From: Catajapyx aquilonaris
Taxonomy: Eukaryota
Length of the DNA stretch: 20,000 nucleotides
Reading direction: 5' to 3'
Assembly: GCA_000934665.2 (NCBI GenBank)
Contig: KZ538359.1
Location: 61,161-81,160, forward strand
Position 1 is the first letter of the stretch; the number at the start of each line of letters is the position of its first letter. A model generated the notes under the pieces. That model saw only the letters and a program-made list of their open reading frames with translations, was not told the DNA's origin and made no database searches. This document shows, piece after piece, positions 1-9,930 of this stretch. The translations under genes and the position numbers were made by a program.

Positions 1-519
1 ACTTCACGTCCAAAGCCTCAAAGAACGGACGACAAACTATCGACGTAATATAATTAGTATTAACATTCATAATAATAAACAACTAGTAGAGGGATCCGTT
101 CGCAAATTTTGGCAACACTGCTTGGCCCACCCCCGAACTTGGACCTTTGGCTCATAAGCTCTTCCTCTGCACACTCCTGCCACTCTCAGCACCACATGCA
201 CGTTGGTGATGAGTCACTACGCGGACAAAGTCCACCAAGGCGCTATGCTACTTTCCCCCTTCAACAGTTAAAGGACAGGAGTGAAATATGTGGTAACTAC
301 TACGTTATACCTATGGGAGTCATGTATAATGATAACAACATTGTTATCCTGACATGGATGCAACCAATGCGCCTCAATTGTGCAACGGGCTGCCTGTAAG
401 TGAGGCGTAGGTTACATGAAAGATGAGTTGAAAGAGAGAGAGAGAAAAATTAGCTGATGGATGGTTAACTGATATTAATTAAGAGGAAAATAACTGGCGA
501 CTTGCTCTACCGTAAATTT

Positions 520-840
520 TAATCGAAAATTATAACTTGTTCCGATTGCAACCTTTCGACTGGCCCGTTAAGAAATAACAGCAGTTTAAGTCTCAAACGA
601 CAGTTATTAGCTCTTATCTGCCAGTTAAAAGGGGGTGTTGTCGGAATATTTAAATAACTTTTTGATGCAACATTTTAACTAGCTGTTAAGAGGCAGTTTA
701 AATGTCTTAACCTGCAGCTCTTATCGGCGAGTTTGTGTCGGAAATTGTATAACTAGTTTTGACGCAATCTTTTTAACTGGTCGTTAATAACAGATCACTG
801 CTGTTTAAGTCGTAAACTCCGGTTACTTACTGGCCAGTAA
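520..840. repeat. Degenerate tandem repeat, about 3 units of ~100-115 bp
   Basis: The ordered blocks TCGGAAA/T..ATAACT..GCAA..TTAACT.G..GTTAA.A..G(C)AGTTTAA..CAGCTCTTATC recur at about 522, 640 and 737. Confidence 0.6.
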
Positions 841-1564
841 ATAATAAATCCGTACAAACAGTCCCACCTGACTTTTGGCGACATGTGCTATGCGAATGCA
901 ACGTTGCCATTTTCTGCATGCATGCAGGTGAGATTATATATCCCCCAGACTTTAATCCGAGGTATAAGAATATTCAACCCAGGCAAAACCCACATTTTGG
1001 ATGATTAATGACCTGGTCCCAAAATGAACATCTGCGTAAGTCCTGATATAGTTCCCGAGGTCATTTGCCAGCGGAAGCAGTCGAGTACAACTCTGTGCCA
1101 CAAAATAAATCAATTACACTACTAGGGTGGGGGGAAGGGGTGGGGGTGGGGGTTTACACGATGTTGCCAAACTGATCAATTTTTCTGAGGGACAAAACCT
1201 GCCCGGACAGAAATCCGGCAGGCGGAAAATAAGGCGTCAATATGTGACGTGAATGGATGGGAGGAAAAAAGGCCTTTGGAGCGGAATAATCTCTCTCGCG
1301 TCCGAAATTGATTGGCACCCGGATTTCTTCTCAAAGGTATATAGAAGGAGAGAAGCCCAAAATGATCAAGAAGAAGAAGAAAAAAAAAATGGCAGGTGTG
1401 CAAGAAGGAAAAAATCCGGGGGATTTTTAGGACTTCGCTCAATCCAGGTTAATCATTCAATTGCACCGAATTGTACTGTACAGACGCATTTTGCCTGGTT
1501 TAAAAAAACCATTTTGGACGTATATAAGGAGAAGTTTATTAGTTGTTTGTTTGCTTGTTTTTAG

Positions 1565-2080
1565 CAGGCTAGCTAGCTAGTTAGTCAATTATCTTGTTTG
1601 TTTGTTTGATAGCCAGTTAGTTAGCTACTCTAGTTAGTTAGTTAGCTACTGTAGTTAGCTACTGTAGTTCGTTAGCTACTGTAGTTAGTTGGTTAGCTAG
1701 TTAGTTAGTTGGTTAGCTAGTTAGTGAGTTAGACAGCTAGCTAGCTAGTTAGTTAGCTACTGTAGTTAGTTAGTTAGCTGCTGTAGTTAGTTGGTTAGCT
1801 AGTCAGCTAGTTAGTTAGTTAGACAGCTAGCTAGCTAGCTAGCTAGTTAGCTACTGTAGTTAGTTAGTTAGCTACTGTAGTTAGTTAGTTAGCTACTGTA
1901 GTTAGTTAGCTACTGTAGTTAGCTAGTTAGACAGCTAGCTAGTTAGCTTGTTAGTCAGTTAGATAGCTAGTTACTTAGATAGCTAGCTAGTTAGTTAGTC
2001 AGCTAGTTAGTTAGGCAGCTAGATAGTTAGACAGCTAGATAGTTAGACAGCTAGTTAGTTAGACAGCTAGTTAGTTAGCT
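1565..2080. repeat. Compound microsatellite of TAGT/TAGC tetramers with recurring GCTACTGTAGT and AGACAGCT units
   Basis: About 515 bp of low-complexity AGTT/AGCT mosaic, flanked by TTTG repeats. Confidence 0.95.
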
Positions 2081-2125
2081 GCTTTGTTTGTTCGTTTGTT
2101 TGTTCGTTCGTGTGTTTGTTGTCGT

Positions 2126-2172
2126 TCGTCCATGGCAACGGGATTTCCATGGCAACGAGTTACCATGGAGAC
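2126..2172. promoter_or_regulatory. Triple RFX X-box-like cluster in the slo intron
   Basis: TCGTCCATGGCAAC (2126-2139), ATTTCCATGGCAAC (2143-2156) and GTTACCATGGAGAC (2159-2172). The third's reverse complement GTCTCCATGGTAAC fits GTHNYYATRRNAAC. Confidence 0.55.
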
Positions 2173-3121
2173 ATTCCGTGCGAAGAACGGTCTCCGCTGC
2201 TGTAGTCATACTACTAAATGCCAGTCTGGCTGACTGTCTGTCTGTTTGTTTGTCCGGGGTGAGTCATCACCTGAGCTCATCCATGTAGTACCACTACCCC
2301 TTGCACAACCCTGAGAGTGGCTGGATTATGCCATCTATGCGAGGGGTATGGTACGGGCCCCCGGACTATAGAGGAACTTAATCAAAGTGAATGGTTGGAG
2401 GAGGCGACTCGACGCCATGAGAGAGAGAGGCAGGCGTGGCTTCCTGCCCGTTTTGAGCGTCGAGACGCCTAGTTCCGGTTCCGGAGATTTATGGCGCCGG
2501 GCAATAGGCGTCTGCAGAAAGAGAGATATGGGTCACGTCTAAAAAGCCGACATCAAGAACATGTGACAAATTCGCGACGTTTTTATGTCGATTGAAAAAA
2601 AAAAAGTGGTGGGTGCGGGGAACAAACCGGAACGTATCCGGAACGTATCGGGCAACATGATGCCAACATGACCATATCAGGTCAAAACCGGGCCATGTTC
2701 TGATAAGGACTTTGAAGTGTCAACACGGGTTGTAACACGACCGACCCGAAGTGCGCGTAGGGGAGTCATAATACAGCATATAGTTGTGCTGGGTATGGAG
2801 ATAAAACAGGGCTCGAGACTTAATCTGGCAACGTTCGGTATCGATTTCCGGTTTCCTTTTCCCTGCTGGAATCCTAAAGGTTTTGGACTCTGTCTGAGCA
2901 TCAGTTGGCGCCGTCAAAAAGAAGAAGAAAAAAAAGAGACACAGAGGAATAATAATCGCTGCCAGTGTCTCCCATCTTCGAATCTGAAAGGGACGTGTCC
3001 GATTGGCCTTCGGAACTAAACTGCTGTGCACTGCAAAAAGCTGCTATCTCCCGGAAGCAGACGGCCTCTCATATCTCTGCTCCAACACAATTCAGCTATA
3101 TCTTTTATTTCCTATTCACAG

Positions 3122-3603
3122 GCTGCTGCAAGGCACCACTGGGAATTGTTTCCGGGACAGTGTTTCGTCCACTAGATGACGATCTTGGTTGGAGGAAAAT
3201 CAGTCTGTCGGCAGCAAAAAGGACGTATCTGCAACTTGCAAATGTGGGTCAGTTATTTAGCTGACCGAATCGAGTTTACTCTGTACCATTAAATATGTCG
3301 ATGCAACTACAGTTTCGCAAGGTTGAATAAATGAAATTATTGAAGTTGACGGGAGAAGTAACCGGGCCAAGGACCAGCTCAATCCGTGTCGTGGGCTTGA
3401 CATTTTTCGAAGAGCTTGATGCCACTGGGTTGGTATATAAGAGTTTAAATCGCGATGCCGTTGCAGAAATTTATTTGGGTGACAGCCGCGATGCATTCCT
3501 TGACTGGAGGCCAATTTTAAAGTTACACTAATAAACAAGGTGGGCTTTACACGACGGTGATGAGGTCATTAAGAACGTGGCGACCAAAAGTGAAGCAATG
3601 TGA
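3122..3603 (+). pseudogene. Possible decayed discoidin (F5/8 type C)-like gene fragment, antisense within the slo intron
   Basis: There is a strong acceptor TTTTATTTCCTATTCACAG|GC at 3121 and a possible 69-nt intron at 3244-3312. The peptide reads CCKAPLGIVSG..LGW..TYLQL..FRKVE*MKLLKLTGEVT..RVVGLTFF..VY, with in-frame stops at 3328 and 3529-3534. Similarity was judged by eye only. Confidence 0.3.
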
Positions 3604-4118
3604 CACTCGAATTTATCAGCTGGGACGTAATGCAATAACATATTTTTGCACACACGACACGCGTAATAATCTGAGGTAATATGACCTGTGTACGTAGGCT
3701 ATAATTGAAAAGTGTCCTTTTATGGCAGGACAGTACGAATGTTTACGAAACAATTTTTTTCACAACTGACTCTACTTGCAGCACAATTCGTTCATCAATT
3801 GAAGGGTGACAATATGCCAATAATATGCTGTACCTAACTTATTCGTATGGGCGGAAAATGGTTTGAACCCTTGCGCGCATAGAGTGGCCGCACTCTGACC
3901 TACATTTTCCTGGGAAACTGTGTCAACCCAGACGCACCAACCGGAAGGAAGAAAAAATTCTCTCAATGATTTTAATCTTCAGCTAGTAAAAACTGGTCGG
4001 CATGTCCACGAGAGCAATAAGGTGTATATATAGTGAAGTCGTATAAATGTCCGTTGTGCATATTCAGCTGGAGAGGGGTCTTTTCCAGCAAAGTCCTGGA
4101 GTGGTCCAAGGCCGTTTG

Positions 4119-4161
4119 AGCAGCAGCAGAGCAGCCCTGGAAAGCAGCAGCAGCAGCAGCA
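4119..4161. repeat. Interrupted (AGC)n microsatellite followed by a C-tract
   Basis: Direct reading. Confidence 0.8.
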
Positions 4162-4459
4162 TCCCCCCCCCCTCCCTACTTTACCACCCACTCTACCCCA
4201 GAGCAGCATGCAGCCATGCAGCTGATCGATCAGGACCAGCAAAAGCCTCCGTCTCACAAACGACCATCTGATGGAGCGAATTCGCACTAACTACACAGCA
4301 TATCGCTATACAAGAGAACGAAACAAACAACAAAAATTTGAAGCAGAAAATATATGGTGACCCTGTGGCTGGGTTGGTCACCCTGATTTTCTTTCTAAAC
4401 AAAAGAAAATTAGGTTCACAACTTAATATGTGAATTCTCCAGGAGAAAATATGCAGAAA

Positions 4460-5440
4460 GTTGGAGCTGCTAATAGAAAACTTTCCTGCTTCTTTTCCGG
4501 CCGGAAAATGTTTCCTGTGGATGGTGCAACCGGTCCTTAATCGACGAAAAATTATGAAAACAGCCAGTTTCACGACAAACGTGACTTTTCCAGTCGAAAA
4601 TAAGAAAATAGTCGGAGCTGATAATAGCAAACTTTCCTGCTTCTTTTCCGGCCGGAAAATGTTTCCTGGAGATGGTGCAACCGGTCCTTAATCGACGAAA
4701 AATTATGAAAACAGTCCGTTTCACGACAAACGTGACTTTTCCAGTCGAGAATAAGCAAATAGTCGGAGCTGCTAATAGAAAACTTTCCTGCTTCTTTTCC
4801 GGCTGGAAAAATGTTTCCTGGAGATGGTGCAACCGGTCCTTAATAGACGAAAAATATTATGCCCGGATGAGAGAAAACAGTCAGTTTCACGACAAACGTG
4901 ACTTTTCCAGTCGAGAATAATAAAATAGTCGGAGCTGATAATAGCAAACTTTCCGGCTTCTTTTCCGGCTGGAAAAATGTTTCCTGGAGATGGTGCAACC
5001 GGTCCTTAATAGACGAAGAATTATGAAAACAGTCAGTTTCACAACAAACGTGACTTTTCCAGTCGAAAATAAGAAAATAGTCGGAGCTGCTAATAGCAAA
5101 CTTCCCTTCTTCATTTTCCGGCTGGAAAAATGCTTCCTGGAGATGATGAAACCGCTCCTTACTGTTTAAAAGTGACTTTTCCAGCAGTAAACATTGAAAG
5201 AGCAGTCTGTTATTTTAACTGTTAGCTGCTTTAACAAAAACTTTCCTGCTTCTTTTCCGGCCGGAAAATGTTTATTGGCAACCGGTCCTTAACAGACGAA
5301 AAATTCTGTCCGGATGAGAGACAACAGGTTCACAACAAAAGTGACTTTTTTTCAATAGGAAATAATAAAAGTGCCTGAGCTTCTCATAGCAAACTTTCCG
5401 GCCGGAAAATGTTTCCAGGAGATGGTGCAACCGGTCCTTA
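4460..5440. repeat. Satellite-like tandem array, ~151-bp unit, about 6.5 copies
   Basis: The GGAGCTG anchor occurs at 4463, 4614, 4765, 4931 and 5083 (periods 151, 151, 166, 152), with degenerate copies near 5223 and 5377. Units contain TTTTCCGGC(C/T)GGAAAA and GCAACCGGTCCTTA. Confidence 0.95.
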
Positions 5441-7988
5441 CTGCTTATAGACGACAATTCCGTCCGGATTGTAGTAGGCCTTTAGAAAGTCAGAAGAATG
5501 GAGAAGGAGTGGATCTTTCTCCACCATTTTTATTCAACAGAAAGAGGTGGGTTTGGAAGAGGAGCAATTTCCTATGAGTGGAAATGGCTTTGGACGCGTT
5601 ATCGCCTTCAGAGCAGGCCTCTTCGTTTCACGTCTCGCTCGTCGCGTCTCCGTCAACTCGGCCACGTCACGGGGGCTTCTAGCAACATGTGTCACCAGTT
5701 GAATGCTCCTTTTTCTTTCTCCTGGTCGCAACCAGAGAAAACATATGTTTTGTTTCCGGCAATAAGCGAAAAAAATGACCATTTTGACACGATATGCGCA
5801 ATGAATATTTTGACAAATTCTAATGGGGAAGTAAGTTACCATCGAGTGCGTGTGTTCGCAATGCGTGCGGCTGATCCAAATCGCAAGTTCATGAATCGAG
5901 AGGTGGAAAAACCTGAATGGAGATGCGTGATTACAAGTCGACCAGTCCGCTTCAATTTCCGGACCACATTACTTTTCATTCAGAGAGAGTGAGGGGGGGA
6001 AGTTTAATAATTGCTTCTCATTTAGAATAAGGAAGCGGGTCTTATCGTCTGCAAGTAATCCGCGACCTATACACGGAACAATATTTGGCACAATATTCTG
6101 TTTCGCGTGCGAAACCATCTCCTTGGGAAGCAGGCGAACTAAAAATGTCACCAAAAGCCCTTGAGGCCCTACACACACACATAGATTTAAATAGGACGAC
6201 ACTCTGGAGTGCTCATGACCCACTTCCTAGTACAACTTGATTGCGATCTAGCTTCGTTACCCACAAGTAATTGTAAGGCTTGACATCGGTAGTCGCCAGC
6301 CGTTTAGCCCTTTAGGTGTGTTTTTTCAGCTTGTTAAAAAGGTCGCGCACACTTTGCTTCTACGTCGTCATCCAGTCGTAGAAATAACAGATATACAAAA
6401 GGTGTTACATAATAACAAGTTTTAAAAACATTTTATTCTCCGCAGAATATTATTGTAACTGGCACGGTAACGGAATATGCTTCAAAATGCTATCAAAGTT
6501 GCCACTGGAAACGGTGGCAACAATGTCAAGAACAGTAAGCGCTCATCACGAGTTGATGTGTGAAATCGCCCTCCTCATCCAGGCGGCTGCGGTTGCCGCA
6601 GGTAACATCCATGCCTCCGACTCCGAAAAATAACATATAGGAAATGCAATTTTGTTCGGCAGTGTATCCTGCTTCATTTTTACCATTTTAAAAATATTGA
6701 AAACATTTCAAAGTGTCTAAAAATTTTGTAGGTTCTGCTGGAATATATCGTGTTGAAATTGTTGCGCTAACTATCGACGGGTTCTTGGCAGGTTTCGTGC
6801 GACTACTCCGTTTTTTCTGCACGAGTTGAGCCAAAAAAATGTATTTTCGTTGCGAAATGACATGTTATGGTTTCCTGTGGTCTCCGGTCCGTGTGATTGT
6901 GTTATAAGCCACTGGCGCAAATTGTCCGGTCGTCATAAATAAGTCAGTGGGGGGAAACAAAAGTAGCAACTGGAAACGCTGCGAAGTATGACCGAAAATT
7001 TCAATGCATTTTATCCCCCCCTAAAAAATTTCTATCAAAAATAAAAGGGCTTTCACCGACAATAATATGCGATTTTTTTCCCCTCCTCTCCCTCTCCTGC
7101 AATTCCTGCTCTGAAAATTCGACCTGCATAGCTGAATATTCAGCTCCGCGCTTTTTTTTTTGTGGAGTAAGGTGATGCCAGATGCTTCCCACCACCTCCA
7201 CCACCACCACGTAGGAACCGTACATTCTGAGGGAACGCACATATTTCACTACCACCCTGTACTACAGCAGCGCAGGAGGCACCGAATATTCGCAGCGCAT
7301 ATGAATTAGGTTTCTCCTCATGGGTGTTGGGAGAGGAAGCAGGAAAAGGTGCAAGAGGCGATGGGATGTGCAATTTCCCTGGAAAGACCATTGGAGGATA
7401 CGAACTCTGAATTCTGATAGCGGCCCAATCCTAGCACTTCCGACCTTATTACGACATTCAAATCTGACTAATCCACGAACCTGCTCATTCCCCATCCTAT
7501 TTCCAACACTCTCTCCCCTAATCATAACACCTGACTGCGCACAACCAACTTAATTCGTCACCCCTGCGCATTCAGTGCATTTCCAACACTGCCTGCGCAG
7601 AACATGCATAATTCTTCGCATCTACGCATCCCATACATGAGTTGTGTTTAAAATGACGTGTGATTTGAGGACCACACTGTGCCAACCTGGCCTGCGATAA
7701 ATCCCGTGTTTGACACAACCCTTGTGTTGAATAAGGGATGTTTAGATGGGTGATATTATCATGGGTGCAGGCATAGCATCCAACATGCCATGCCGCATTG
7801 CAACCCGATTAATTGGGTACTCAATACGCCGAATATGCATCAAATCGCGTTTGTGCAAAGCATTGTGTATATACTACACCCCCCCCCCCCCCCCCNACCT
7901 ATACTCTTCTGTGTCATTTACTGGACCCAGAAATGACCACAAAAGGATGGCGCGTTAGTGCACGTTGCATTGCACCTATAGAAGTTTC

Positions 7989-8255
7989 TTTTACAAGCGC
8001 AACTGGGTGCGCACCCACACTCGCGCAGCTCCACTATTATGACAAAAAAAAATGTTGCCAGAGTAACGACCCATCAGAACCTTATTGACAACGTCGCAAA
8101 CTCCTCCTCCCAAGCGTAGCGTTGGAAATAAGTGCAGCGCTTGTTTATCAGTAGTCTACAACCTGCAATACAGAAAGCTAACGAGCAATAATATTGACAA
8201 TGCTAACCGTGCACACTGTGCGAACTGTCTTGCGCACTAGGTTGCGCTCGTAAAA
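7989..8255 (+). mobile_element. MITE family A, copy 1 (25-bp imperfect TIRs)
   Basis: Left end TTTTACAAGCGCAACTGGGTGCGCA; the right end TGCGCACTAGGTTGCGCTCGTAAAA is its near reverse complement. The internal CCCAAGCGTAGCGTTGGAAATA is shared with other copies. Confidence 0.8.
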
Positions 8256-8330
8256 AAAATCATCTGTAACTAAATCAGTGGACAGAGACACAGACTCACG
8301 ATGCCAATTCTACTGTTCTTGCCTTCGATA

Positions 8331-8668
8331 AACTGTGGGACCGTAAGGTAACTGTGGGGACTACTGTAACTGTGGGACTACTGCAGCTGTGGGGACTACT
8401 GTAGCTGTGGGACTGCTGCAGCTGTGGGGACTACTGCAGCTGTGGGGACTACTGCAGCTGTGGGGACTACTGTAACTGTGGGGACTACTGCAGCTGTGGG
8501 GACTACTGTAACTGTGGGGGACTACTGCAGCTGTGGGGACTACTGCAGCTGTGGGGACTACTGCAGCTGTGGGGACTACTGCAGCTGTGGGGACTACTGC
8601 AGCTGTGGGGGACTACTGTAACTGTGGGGGACTACTGTAACTGTGGAGACTACTGTAACTGTGGGGAC
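8331..8668. repeat. 18-bp minisatellite (GCTGTGGGGACTACTGCA / ACTGTGGGGACTACTGTA), about 18 copies
   Basis: Directly visible head-to-tail array with two unit variants and 3-5 G length variation. Confidence 0.97.
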
Positions 8669-8915
8669 ATTTTGGGTCCCCACATCACACACCAGAACGT
8701 TACCGTTATAGTGGGGACATGTCCCCACAATTTCGATTTGCAGGAGAGTTTTACAAAAGTCCATTTCTCTCAGCCTAAGGTTAGTTAGGGTAGGTTAGGT
8801 TAGGTTAGTTTACACTAGCTTCGAAAAGTTGAGTTTTCAACGTCCCCATAGCTTATTGAGCTCAAGTCTGGTTGTTATTTACGATGTGTACTGTACATTT
8901 CCCCAGTGTTACACC
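8331..8915. mobile_element. Probable non-autonomous foldback/MITE-like element carrying the minisatellite, GTGGGGAC/GTCCCCAC hairpins and a TTAGG tract
   Basis: Inverted copies of the unit core lie on the right: GTCCCCAC 8676-8683, a perfect 18-bp palindrome 8711-8728, GTCCCCATAGC 8842-8852 and TCCCCAGTGTTAC 8900-8912. A (TTAGG)-like run spans 8778-8808. Confidence 0.55.
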
Positions 8916-9666
8916 CACGACATTTTTACACGGTGGATCGAAATAATGGCGGTAACTACCTTGAACCTTTGAGATTATCCAGTGAGTTAATTATGGCTAC
9001 GTGACTCCCAGGGTGATCTCAAAGGAACACTTTGCACTTGGGCTTCACACAGCTGCTGCTATGGCTCTCTCTAATCCGGAAATGTCCGGGGCCAGTCTCT
9101 CTCTCTGCTTAAAAAGAGGGGGTAACCGGATTAGCAATTCGTTGGGTGCTCGGCGGCATCCGGAAGGGACAGGGTTGGAATGATTAAAAAGGGATAGGAA
9201 GGAAGGAGGGAGGGGAAAAAGACTCTTGTCTCTGCTTCACAGCCGACTACGACTCAGATTAATGGCCTCCTCACTAATTAGTCTTCGCCATGGGCATGCA
9301 GATGATGCCTTCGCCCCCAATATTCCTAAGCCGGTTGCCGTGTCATTTACCTTAGTTTTCTCATCTAACCAGTCCTTGTCTAATCAAGTTTATTCTCATT
9401 TAAAAATTCTTGTTGAAGGGCCCTGTCCGTCCGTCCGCAGGAGAGAGCGACAAACGGTTTTCCGATTCGGATTCAGCGTGATCCTAATAGGTTTCATGGA
9501 CATAACTTCCGGGCCACTTAAGGTTTCCCTGGCCTATACTCTACCCGACGAGAAATGAGACTGACAACATTCTGTGTCATTGGTTGTTGTCCAATTTGAA
9601 TTTCCTTGACAATGAGAAAAGGTCAACTCGAATCACCCTCGGGTGATTCTTTCAGCTGTTGAATTT

Positions 9667-9930
9667 TTGTACTATCGCAACCGAATGCGCGCCACAGTTC
9701 GCGCAGCGTGCACGGTTGGCATTATCAATGAACCATGGTCAGCTCTACGTATTAGTGGGTGTATTATTTCCAACACTACGCTTGGGAGGGGGGGACAATG
9801 GCCAATGTTGCCAAGGCTCTGGAACTAACCTCGGTGTGAATTATTTTCGTGGCTCCTGGCAACTCTGGCAACGTTGTTGTCGGAATAGAGCTGCGTGAGT
9901 GTTGATGCGCACTCCGTTGCGTTTGTAAAA
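9667..9930 (-). mobile_element. MITE family A, copy 2 (inverted relative to copy 1)
   Basis: It contains reverse complements of the copy-1 blocks: GTGCACGGTTGGCATTATCAAT, TATTTCCAACACTACGCTTGGGAGG, ACTCTGGCAAC and GAGCTGCGTGAGTGT..TGCGCAC..GTTGCGTTTGTAAAA. Confidence 0.8.

Noticed and set aside
905..932. TTTTCTGCATGCATGCAG|GTGAG as a recursive splice site
   Set aside because: It is on the plus strand, opposite to slo transcription. The TGCATG palindrome alone is too weak to call an Rbfox element.
4193..5577. Several overlapping ORFs with repeated peptides
   Set aside because: They are translations of the 151-bp satellite, with frame-shifting unit lengths and no protein motifs.
5498..5992. 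164-aa plus-strand ORF
   Set aside because: No recognisable domain or splice support; probably chance or an unclassifiable TE remnant.
7878..7897. Poly-C tract with an N
   Set aside because: A homopolymer with an ambiguous base; likely a sequencing or assembly uncertainty.
8424..8621. ORF with GTTAAV/GDYCSC repeats (antifreeze- or metallothionein-like look)
   Set aside because: It is a reading of the 18-bp minisatellite; G-run indels shift frame and there is no ATG or splice context.
4460..8668. CRISPR-like appearance of the two tandem arrays
   Set aside because: The units are head-to-tail with no unique spacers, there are no cas genes, and the context is eukaryotic.
8778..8808. Telomere or fusion site
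   Set aside because: Only about 6 imperfect TTAGG units, embedded in a foldback element within an intron.
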